A DNA stretch of 64,000 nt from the NCBI RefSeq assembly GCF_000143415.4, contig NW_003314322.1, positions 62,001 through 126,000 on the forward strand, in the 5' to 3' direction. The stretch comes from Selaginella moellendorffii. Taxonomy: Eukaryota; Plantae; Lycopodiophyta. Within the stretch, counting starts at the first letter, position 1; every line of letters begins with the position of its first letter. Shown piece by piece: positions 53,813 to 64,000 of the stretch. A program made the translations under genes and the position numbers. The notes beneath the pieces were generated by a model. That model saw nothing but the letters and a program-made list of their open reading frames with translations. It made no database searches and was not told where the DNA came from.

Positions 53813-53923
53813 GATGGTGATCGCTGCACAGTCGGCTGTAATCGAAAGCCACATCGTTTTGGGATTGAACCACAGCGCCTCTGAGCAAGAGTTCAAGCAG
53901 GCTCGCAAAGACCTTGGGCTCTA
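53813..53923 (+). pseudogene. J-domain (DnaJ) N-terminal exon fragment
   Basis: HIVLGLNHSASEQEFKQARKDLGL* resembles J-domain helices I-II; the HPD motif is absent. Confidence 0.45.
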
Positions 53924-54369
53924 GGTGTGTGGGATCTTTGTCAGTTGCGTTTGCTGGTGTTCTGATCTCGTTCTTCCGTTTTGTTCTTTTTGGAGCGAGC
54001 AGTTTCTATGAGCCCTACACCATCTAGACAATCCAGATTCAGACCTAATTTCTCGTTTTTCCATGCTTTTTTGGCTAGCCATAAAGTGAAAAACGCCCAT
54101 TTGCCCTCCCATTGTCCACGTGTCACCTACATCATCTTCTTCCTCAAAAACCCTAGCAATTCCAGCTGCAAGGTGTGAGAGATTTCAAAAGAAAGAGGTA
54201 TTTGGACGTCAATTCTCATCTAAGGGACCATCTAAAACATTTTAACACCTTCTTGAAAGCCTGCTCATTTTTAGCAGCCAGTTCTGAATGATGGGGCAGG
54301 GAGCAAGAAATTTAAAATTAACAAACCCAAGATTGCATCACACGCTTTTCTCTTTAAGCTGTTTGTGAA

Positions 54370-55060
54370 AATAAGCTCTTCACCAGTGCGAACACCCTGC
54401 AAGCGTCCACCGTGTTCTCACACATTCCATGCAACCTTTCTCACAAACCTTCCCCATATACAAATCCATGAGTAGCAGGTATGATTAGGGTTCGGTTGGA
54501 GAGCCATGGCGTCTTCTAATCCCCAGAATTTGCTGCCTAAAAAATCTTGCTGTTCGCAAAGTCTGGCCTTGACTGCTTGCATCTGGAACTTGTGAGATTT
54601 GGAAGCAAACAGCAGAACGATAGACATCTGAGACTGCTCATGAACGCTTGCTTCCATGCTTACTTCCAGAAAATTCAGGATCGAAACCTGCCCAGCTTCG
54701 CAAACAGGTCCTTCTGAGTGCTTTCAACGAACAAGTTCTTCTCGTGTCCAGCCTTTTTGAGCTGAGAGTGAATTATCCGGCTCCTGTCCAACAAACGATC
54801 TTCTCTTTTGCCCCGTCAGTCCATCTGCGGCAAGGCTTTCATGCAGCAAACAAAAGCTCAAGCATGTGCATCCTCTTAAAAAGCTGATGATCATAGATGT
54901 CCACAAAACTATACTGGTCTCTGCCATCTTGTCAAGGACCTCCCATGCAAGCTCCATGCTCCCCACACCTTATGTAGAAATCAATAAGAGAGTTGACGAC
55001 TGCAACCTGTGACAAAAGCCCAAGTTAAGAGTCTATTGCAGAACCTTTTATCAGAGAACC
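54370..55060 (-). pseudogene. PLS-class PPR gene fragment
   Basis: VVNSLIDFYIRCGSMELAWEVLDKMAETSIVLWTSMI and IIHSQLKKAGHEKNLFVES. Contains stops and frameshifts. Confidence 0.7.
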
Positions 55061-55379
55061 ATTTTGACACTAGTCTTGCACTGCCATTGCTATTTCTAGA
55101 GTTTGAAGAGCTGCATGTAACAAAAACATAAGCTGGAGAATCCAATATTCTCAACATAAAAATTCATTCAAGAATGACACTAGATTGAGGGTATGGAGGA
55201 TCTCCGGGGGACTTGGTAGCTGCTTCTTGTGGTGTCAATGTGGCTCCAAACTACAACCAGAAGCAGGTGAACACCATTGTGGTTGCTAAAGATATCAGTA
55301 CCTTTTGTGGGATCTTTGCCAGATCCGTGCCCTTTGTGCTCCTTGGGGACTCATCTTGCTGGGTAACAAGCAAATAAAA

Positions 55380-55630
55380 CACATTAAGTGCTTACCCCAA
55401 GAACACCACCATCATGTTTAAGACAATTTCTACATTCTATAGATATATTTCACTAGCAAATCTAAACACTTTTTATAAGTAGCTAATGAAACCGAAAGGG
55501 ACCAACACATAGGGTATGATAGTGAGAGTGTCTTGGCAAACATGGTATACTATCACCTAGCAAATATTGAGGGACCAAACTCAATATGGCAGGGGTTCTC
55601 AATACTAGCAAATGCAAGCCAACATATGAA
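55380..55630 (-). repeat. Third, inverted copy of the dispersed repeat at 3590-3810 / 11500-11715
   Basis: Reverse-complement similarity, e.g. AATATTGAGGGACCAAACTCAATA. Confidence 0.65.
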
Positions 55631-56328
55631 TTTTTCATCCCAAGCCGAGTATGCTCAAAGTACAGTTGTAAAGGTGTACCTTTGTCATGCTTAGAAAACT
55701 CCTCTGAACCTCTTTATTCTTGGGTAGGTAATCTATGTCATTTGTCTTTTTACACCTTTAAAGCCTCAAAAATAACAACTGCCAAGGCTGCAAAGGAGTG
55801 ATTGTAAGTTAAAATCAATTCATAGATCTTGATTTACTGCTTAGCTGATGCCACTATGTTGAAGGGATAGAACTTGTGGAATTGCCAAACTCTTCCCTTG
55901 TATTTGTGATTTATTTTGTAGATGTCATGGCCTCTTTCAAAGCCATGTATTATATTACTTGCATGGTGCACATCTTAAAACATTCAAATACCCTACTTAT
56001 TTATTTGTGGGATAGAACCTTTTGCAAGGCAATAGGTGTGGAATGTTAAATCTAGAATGACAATTTACCTATGTATATCACTTTGTTATGACCCCAATTG
56101 CACACATTTTCTTTGGCTCTCAAGCTTTGTATTGCCTCTTTCCATTCTCCTCTAACTTTTTCAGCTTTTGTTATCACCCTTATGCCATGTCTTTTAATCT
56201 AAGCTGTTGTTTTAAAGTTTTTAGTTATCAACCGTCAGATTTTTAAGTATATCCTTAATTAATAATCTAAAAATGGAATAAAAGATGCCAGATGCCATAT
56301 GCCAATAGCACTTTTAAATAAGGGAGTA

Positions 56329-57640
56329 CTAGCAAAAGTCCCAACTATGCTGGGAGCATTGTGTTTATTCCTGATGTTTTAGTAATTTCAAAAAGTTGTA
56401 ATTGTAATTGTAATTTTTAACATAATCATAATTATAACATACATAGTAAAATATAATATAATATTTATATTAAAATTCTCTTCTATAATTGACTCTATCA
56501 CCAAACATAATAAATATAACTCATAACATTATATCACATTTAACACTCTGATTGTTGAGTGAAGTTTTGGATTTTCTATAAATGGAATTGCTCATTGTGG
56601 GATCTCATGGCCAGATGAGTCATTTAGAGATTGAGATTTGGTTTTTTTTATTTAAAATCTCTATAAAATTGATAAAAAAAAAATTATTACTTGATGATTC
56701 ATTCAACTCTACAATTTTTACCCTTAATAATGTAAGTATTACTTAGTACACTAAAATATAATATTGTTAAAAAATATAGATTTAAAACTCACTTAAACTA
56801 CTACATCTTGTAAATTTTAAAAATATGAACATTGTTATGGAGTTCAGTTTTTCATATTTTCAGACTGAAAGTTTTAGAATTGTATGATACTAAGTAAAAT
56901 ATGGTACCTTTATGTGTTATATTTTATTTAAAGAACTTTTAATATTTTACATATTTATCTTAGAAATTCCCTTTTTGCCTAATATTTTATTCATGATGTT
57001 TAATATTACCATTTAAAATAAGAAGTATTCTATTATATATCATAAACATTATTTATGTATATGTTTTTATATAGAGGTAATGCTAATCTGAAATATGATT
57101 ATTAATTCATGTATTTATATTTATAATTAAGGCTTTATAACAATGTTATGAAGGCTGAAATTTTAGAATGATATATGAATAGTAAGGTTTTACTCTATAC
57201 TGGGGTAGAGTAGGGTTTGAGTATTTGTTGAACTTAACACTTCATTCTCTATTTTCTACAACATTGTGAATGCATTAGCATAGGGATTTATCTCTTTTAA
57301 TAATTTATCAAGATCAACCATTAGTTGCTCATTTCATTTATAATTGTGTTTATTTTTTCATTTTTATTTCTGTTACTCATGCAGTATTTAAAATATATAA
57401 TTGTGAATAAGCTGCATTTTTTTCATTATTTGGTTTGAAACTTCCAATATTAATTTAAATATTAAAATTAATAGTCTTTGGATAAAGCATGGAAGAAGAT
57501 GTGATAGTTCAGTTGTTATTCTCCTGTCACAACAACAATTGAAAACACTTTCCATCATAAAACAAAGGGCCTTACAATGTATGCATTTGTTTTCCATCTT
57601 ACCAAGAATGTTACTCACATATACCATTTTCATTCTGTGA
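56329..57640 (-). mobile_element. Internally deleted Helitron: RepHel N-terminal zinc-finger remnant, AT-rich filler, 3' terminus
   Basis: LGKMENKCIHCKALCFMMESVFNCCC (57388-57633) matches the Helitron N-terminal CxxC..CC pattern. Terminus CTAG at 56329-56332 with hairpin. Confidence 0.65.
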
Positions 57641-58103
57641 CATTAAACCCATGGTTTGTTTTATTGTTTTGTTTTTTTTTTTTGTCTCCCTGCTCTACTA
57701 AAAATAGTTACAAGAACACAGGAAATCATATGACAGGAATTGCCAGTAGTAGACAGATATCACCAATTTCACCTATTCTACAGTCATTTTTTTCTCTCAC
57801 ATAAGTTTTCAAACAAATCTCCACAGTAGTGCTAGAAGGTATTTATTCTTCTTTATTACAAGTAACATCTTCTACAACCACATCACCTAATGACATCCAC
57901 GTTTTTTTAATTTCTGTTGCGACCTAGTATCTAAATTTATATTTCCATTGTTCATAAGCTAGTGCAAGTTCTCTAGATTTCAGTAAAAGTAGAATAGCAT
58001 AGATAGATGATAGATCTGTTGTAGATCGTTACAGCAAGATGTTTATTATCGGTAAGAGGTTTTTTCTTTGTATTCAAGAAAACGTAGCAATAGCACAATA
58101 GAA

Positions 58104-58700
58104 CTAGCAAGGAATCCAGCTCCGCTGGAATAGATAGGACATCTGTTACATAGGTGGCATGAATCCTAAAGAATTAGTTTTTTGTTTTCATCATCCAGTA
58201 GTGATGATGTTTATTTTTCAAATCATTTGTCTGAAATTTATAATGTCATTTTAGTGTAGAGATTGATAGTTATACCTTGGAGATCATCAATATCCACAAA
58301 TACTTTTTATGACAATGGAACATTGTCTTTGTATATACCCTTTCTTTTATTGGTAACAAAAGTAATATAAGCAGATGGTCTTTCATATCCCACTAGCGAG
58401 GAATCCAGCTCCGTTGGCCTGACCAAAATAAGTCTTTGAAAACACTTTACTAGGATAGAAAAGTTATAGCTAATAGTGCAACATAGAATAAATTAGTGTA
58501 TATTGTATGCTTCTAGGATTTATCATGAGCATTTATAAAATCTATAAGAGTAATAATAATCACAAAGCCTTTTATAAGAGAAATCAAGTTTACAAATAAT
58601 TAATTTTCTTTTAATTTTTTATTATTTAAAAATAAATGAAAATAAGATTAGTAGGGATTCCAGAAAAAAATAAAATCAAGGATCCCAGCTCTGATGGGAA
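58104..58700 (-). mobile_element. Three stacked Helitron 3' termini
   Basis: CTAG + hairpin at 58104-58129 (similarity to 51160-51219 extends ~60 bp) and 58393-58417, plus a degenerate hairpin at 58683-58699. Confidence 0.65.
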
Positions 58701-61225
58701 GTAGATATAAAATTTTGTAAATGTAAATTAGTTTTCTGATTTAAAAATATACTTTAATGATTCTCTAAATTAATATTTGTTAATTTTTGAGGTTCTAATA
58801 ATATTTCCTGAACTTGTGTTACTTAAGTGGTTAATAGATTTAACGTTTTGAGATTGTCATAGCTTACGACAAGTTTTGATTGAAGCCAAGCAGGCATTGT
58901 AGCCTTGAAGCCTTGGAGGACTTGTACCTTTTATGGAGCACAATCGGTCTGTGCCATACTGTCAACAGAAAGGCTTCTTAGTGTAGAAAATATTTTTAAC
59001 AGTTAGAGAAAAACATGAATGACAACAGCGTAGCTATGTCCTGCCCCACCAAGGACATGACCGCATGGCAAGTGCTCGACCTCAAGCACGAATCTTGACA
59101 TATCCATTCATGCTCTTGCCATTTGAAACAGGTCCTTTAGCCCAACATTCATGCTCCTAGCTGCATTCCTAGCTTTCTTACTGCTTAGATTCATGGTATC
59201 CAATGATAACATTCAGAGGTAGCCATGAGGTGCTGGTTTTTATCCTCTCAATGCTCAACATTGTTTTCTTTAGGGAAGAAGTATGTGGTCATGGCAGCTC
59301 CCAGGATCAAATAGTATCTCAGGGTTGAGTAATGGTAGAAAGTTCTAATCAAGTTTTACTGCTCATTCAATCTGGAAGCCTGCTACTCATCAGGAAAAGG
59401 ATTGGAAATCTAGGAGACACTATCTACTCCTAGAGAGGTCTCTGCTGGAACCAGCAATGCTATAGGTTGGGTCCAGAAAAATGCTGTTATGTCATCCCTC
59501 ATAAAATATTATCAATAAAAAAATCTCATAAAATACATAAAAGGATCCATATTATAATTTATAATAATGAAGTTGTTATATATATGACTTTTAAAATCTC
59601 ATAAAAGGATCAATACTTTGATGAGAGAAAAATGCTGTTATGTCAAGTATAAGCCAGCTATGTTTTTTTCGAGAAACCTGTTCAACTCCTAGGTGTCTTC
59701 AAGTTCTTCCATAATCTTCAGTACCTCCTGTTCGGTCTTAGATTTTTCTGTCTCATCAAAGCCCACAGTCTTCTCTTAGTAGCAGATTTCTTCTTTTCCT
59801 TCTCAATTCAAGCTGTAGCGACTGCATCTTGGGTGTATTGTCATCACTTTTGTATTTTTCTGTTTCAAGAAAGCTTGTTTATTAACACTAACTGCAGGCT
59901 TTCCATCTGCTCACATAACTCATTTGCTTCCTGCATTAAACAATATTAGCACCTCCATGTCCTGGCCAGCAATCTTCAGGTGGGTTGACATATTCTTGTC
60001 ATCGTAAACACACCCGATCTGCATTCTTGATGGCAGCTCTAAGCATGCACTGGATTCTATATCACAGGCCTTTCTCTACTTATATTGCCAAAAGAGTTCA
60101 ATTGAAGATTATTAGGAGAGTTTTTTTTGACATTGCAGATATAGGTATTGGATGGTTTTTTGAAAACTCTTAGAAGCTACTTAGAATTGCTATGTGCGGA
60201 TGTATGCACTCACATGATCACAAAAGTTCTACCTAAAGATGAGCACAAGAGTCACAATTTTTAAAAAATTAAAAAGTTTTTATCTTGGTCAGTTGTTTGC
60301 TAATACTCAACTCTTCTTGGTATATACTAAGGCTGTTCTACCGATCTTTTGATAAGTGTACACTGGTAGGCGTGTAATTTTTTATTTTTTTCTTGATTCC
60401 ATTACACTTTTATCCAGTTGAGGGAGTGTATCTTCATTTATAAGAGAAATGTTTGAAACAAGAAAAAGAGAGCCACTCAATAGTGAGTTAATAGTTTTAC
60501 AAAATGGAGAAAAAGAAGAAAAAATTCACCCAGATTGCCAGGGTTCAACCTTTAATGGCAATGAAGATGAACCTTGAAAGATGCTAGAAGATGGCAGAGA
60601 TCACTGGGCATATCTCTACAGTAACAATTCTAACATCAGCAAAGGAAGAGAAAAACTTTCTCAAAGCAAGAAAACAAAAAAAAAAAAAAAAAAGAGTGGA
60701 GAAGGGAGAAAAAGACAAGCTCGAGGATTCAAGCTTAGGAAAGTAAACTTGAGAGGTTCAAGGTTAGGACTGTATTCCTAACCTTGACGTGAGCAGTAGT
60801 GACTATAAAAGTAGGACTTAGAATGTTTTTAGACGGATCCCTAATACAAAATACATTGCAATTCATCGTCTTTCTGCCTATCTCTTCGGCTCTTCACAAT
60901 AATGTCTTACTTACCCACTGCCTTCAAGGGATCAAAGGCGTGGGACTAGCACCTTCAAGCACATGTTCACAGTCTCTACTTGGCTTGGCACAAGCAGGTA
61001 AGTGCACTCTTCTCGTAGTGTAGTTTTAGTTTTAGGGACTAGATTAGATTTGAATCTCCTAGGAAGATCTCGTGTGGACATTTCCTCCCAGTCCAGAGAT
61101 TCCAGGAGTTTTCACTAGCGACCACGGTGGGATACGGTGACGTGAAGAGCTCATGGAATAGAGCAGACCAAGACGCTCATTTTCCCCAAGACTTCAAGGA
61201 AAACGGACCAAAGACGCACAAGAAA

Positions 61226-63152
61226 ATGGCATAGGAAGAAAAAGCCCCAAAAATCAAGAAAAACAAGACCGTAAAACAAAAACGGTGGAAGAGCATGAAG
61301 GAATGAAGAAAAAAATGGAGCGTAAGACCAAAAGATGAAGAACACTTGAAGATTGAAGCCACCCAAGTCGTGGAAAACTTGGAGCATACGCGTAACTGTT
61401 TTTGGCGAGAGGTTGAAGAAAGCAAATATTCCAAGGATCTGCGATAAGGAAACGACTAAGGGGAAATTCTAGCGGCTGGAGATGGAGGAAGAATGAAAAA
61501 GCACGACTGCCCATTTGGAGACACAAGTTGTACAAGATACGAAGACTGTCTTTTGTGTGGTTTCAGAAATTGTGCAAAACCGTACAAGCAATGCTATCCA
61601 AAATGGCGATGCGACACTTGCAAGCAAGCAAAAACAAGACTCCGAATCAGGGATGAAAATGCCACAGCGGAGGAGAGTAGGAAACAAGAAGAAATAGCCC
61701 AAGAAAACGACACCAAAAAGAGAGACGATAGTCTAGAACAAGCAGCGAAACAAAGCTTTAGTTGTTTACAAAAACTTCAAGAAACGATTCTGCGACTCTT
61801 CTACAAATTGTCTAGCAAATAGGAGGGATGCAAAAATGAGGAAATGTTGAAAGAAAAATATGTTTACTTCGATTTCTTTGCAACTCGAAGAACCCTGACT
61901 TGGGTGTATCACGGACACCTCTTTCAACAAACGATTGTTGAATTCCTAGGCATACACAAGCATGAAACTTTTCAACCATTAACGCTTGCTTTCAACACTG
62001 ATTTGACGAGAGTCATAGCAGCAACAGAGTGTGGAATTTTTGAACCACAAGTTCGCTGGTTTGTGGACACTCTTAGATTTAGAGATTTCGAAGAGAACGT
62101 GGAATTACTTTATCGGCTTCTTCAAAGTCCTCTCCGTGTAATGCTACCAACGAGCACTCTTATTGAATTATATGCTATAGCATATTGGCACCGTTTAGGA
62201 CGGACGAGAATAGCTGGAGAATTAAGAAATCAAGGACAAAGCCATCAACAAATTCCAATTCGGAATTCGAGTTTAAGAAACCGACGGGAACCTGAACTTG
62301 CATCAAGTTCAAGGGAACAACTTGTAAACTCAAGGATAACAAGTCGAAGGAGGAGAAATTTAAGACAGAATCACAATAGGCCAAGATTAAATACAGTAAC
62401 AAACTTCAACTTTGACACTGAGGTCCAACATCGAAACCCCAGCCTAGAGCTACATATCACTCGCAACCAACAAGGAAGAGTGCGTCCAAGCAGTCACAAC
62501 ATTTTAAGGAGTATTTTAGGAGATCCTGCGTCAAGGATTCAAACTTATAATGCAAGAGTATTAATTGAGACTATCCCTTGGGAAGTTCGTGAAGCGATCG
62601 ACTCTGATCGTGAAAGAGAACGTGCTATACGACAGAGGGAAGTAGAACACCACCGGCAAGAACAGCATCAGGGAAATGCACCATCACGCAATCGACCATA
62701 GAGAAAATTGCGCTGGATAAACCCGCGTACACATAGGCTTAAAGCAACAAGAATCTGTCGGAAACTATACTGTGACGTGTGGACGTCATTAGAGACTAGG
62801 AACATATGAGAATTAGGACATTAAAATACAACCACTGCTGTATTCAGCATTTACAAATACTACCAATGACTGGGAAACACAAACGCTCATAGTGAGAGCT
62901 CGCATTCCAGTACGACCAATATATTGTAAGAGACCAAAACAATTGTTCAAGAATTTAGATAAGATTGGACTCCTAAAGAGAGTTGCAATCGTTTGCATAC
63001 CTGCTCGATCCCAAACTTGGAGAGCAGCACCAAATATCACTAGCGAACAGCTACATCAATCAATATATGACACAACCAACCTCCTTCCACAAACAAAATC
63101 GTACTTACTTACACCACCAGATTTTTCAAATACAAGACCTTTCCTAAGCTAG
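61226..63152 (+). pseudogene. Long unknown ORF (basic N-terminus, Cys-rich motif, globular and Arg-rich regions), interrupted
   Basis: ORFs 61493-61822 and 61844-62701 share one frame, separated by a single TAG. The frame has 7 stops in ~527 codons (61226-62809), then shifts into 62817-63152. Confidence 0.6.
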
Positions 63153-63211
63153 ACTCAGGAAAGTGACCTCGAGAAGAAACTCGGGAAGAATCAAGAAAGA
63201 AAAACTCGATT

Positions 63212-63357
63212 GAAGACTCAAGACACAAGAGCTTGACTTCGCATTTCTACTACAAAACCAAACTTGCAGAAGACTCAAGACACAAGAGCTTGACTTCGCA
63301 TTTATACAACAAAAACAAACTTGCAGAAGACTCAAGACATAAGAGCTTGACTTTGCA
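63212..63357 (+). repeat. 57-bp tandem repeat, ~2.5 copies
   Basis: GAAGACTCAAGACACAAGAGCTTGAC... at 63212, 63269 and 63326. Confidence 0.9.
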
Positions 63358-63554
63358 ATCTATGAAGAACAACATTTGACTCCAGACAACTTAGGCAAAA
63401 CATAAATTCAGGAAACTTACCTCAACATTCAAGTTGAGAAGACTCAGCAAACTGAATGTACAAACACAAACCAGACCCAATCAAGATCCGGAAAAGAAAT
63501 CTTCGACAAAAGAATTGAGAAGTGAAAAAGGAAGGGATAGAAAAAGAGAAATGA

Positions 63555-64000
63555 GAAACGATATTAGAGAAGTACGACAAGGAGGATAAAGAAATTCAAG
63601 TTGCCGAGTCGAGCAACTCAGCCAAGGAGGATAAAGAAATTCAAGTTGCCGAGTCGAGCAACTCAGCCAAAGATAACAAAGAACTAAATAGTGAAGACGC
63701 CCCAAAGTTTGAGGCATTTGAAGAAGCTGAATACATAGTACCAAAGTTTTACTCCAATCCAGACTCACTAGAACAACAATTTCACCAACAAAGTCTACAA
63801 CTTCAAATGGCAATCATCAATCCAGCGATAGCCATAGGGAACATGATTTCCTATCCCATTTTTACTGGTGGAAAAACCGAAGATGCAAACCAGCATCTTA
63901 AACAATTTGATCAAATTGTAAAGATGAACAAACAGGAAATGCATCGAGAAATACTTTTCCCATACATACTTAAAGGAAAAGCACTCGATTGGCATAATAC
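63555..64000 (+). CDS. gag: gag capsid region (partial, open to window end)
   Basis: Open frame from 63555, first ATG at 63807. F.G...ED...HL..F...LFP..L.GKALDW is a retrotransposon-gag pattern. Confidence 0.75.
63578..63670 (+). repeat. Perfect 45-bp tandem repeat, 2 copies (KEDKEIQVAESSNSA)
   Basis: Units start at 63578 and 63623, in frame with gag. Confidence 0.9.

Larger units (their letters stand above)
60427..64000 (+). mobile_element. 5' part of a Ty3/gypsy-like element with long extra coding region before gag; runs off the window
   Basis: A gag capsid-like peptide YPIFTGGKTEDANQHLKQF..LFPYILKGKALDW starts at 63807. Putative LTR 60427-~61135 with TATA at 60804; its boundaries are tentative. 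Confidence 0.65.

Noticed and set aside
59650-60010. Minus-strand charged coiled-coil-like exons
   Set aside because: Interrupted, and no family could be assigned by eye.
61232-63554. Argument that all stops are C>T derivatives and so prove a single ORF
   Set aside because: Every stop codon starts with T, so this is trivially true. Only stop density, frame continuity and TGA bias were used.
63212-63670. Short repeats as a possible CRISPR-like array
   Set aside because: Units are contiguous with no unique spacers, the context is a eukaryotic retroelement, and there are no cas genes.

Overview
AT-rich, repeat-dominated eukaryotic DNA from a land plant with flagellated sperm. A lycophyte such as Selaginella is inferred from ~50-nt introns, a CFAP144/FAM183 ciliary gene, an ALDH21 fragment and a Tcn1-type chromovirus. 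Only two host genes look intact: CFAP144-like (411-1203) and an ArfGAP-C2 gene (51443-52676). The mobile elements are a full-length non-chromo Ty3/gypsy element (6163-11173, 4-bp TSD, tRNA-Ala PBS) and an older decayed relative, a TRIM, a self-priming chromovirus split by an inversion with duplication (28990-40463), a LINE remnant, and a decayed Helitron RepHel with about a dozen Helitron 3' ends, some in head-to-tail junctions. Many host-gene fragments are interspersed (NUA, SDR, ALDH21, purple acid phosphatase, acyl-activating enzyme, peroxidase, Fes1, DnaJ, PPR), several present twice. The window ends in a Ty3/gypsy-like element with ~2.6 kb of unexplained, largely open coding sequence, including a Cys-rich motif, ahead of its gag capsid domain. 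Two N gaps are present. All protein family calls are from motif recognition by eye; no searches were run.
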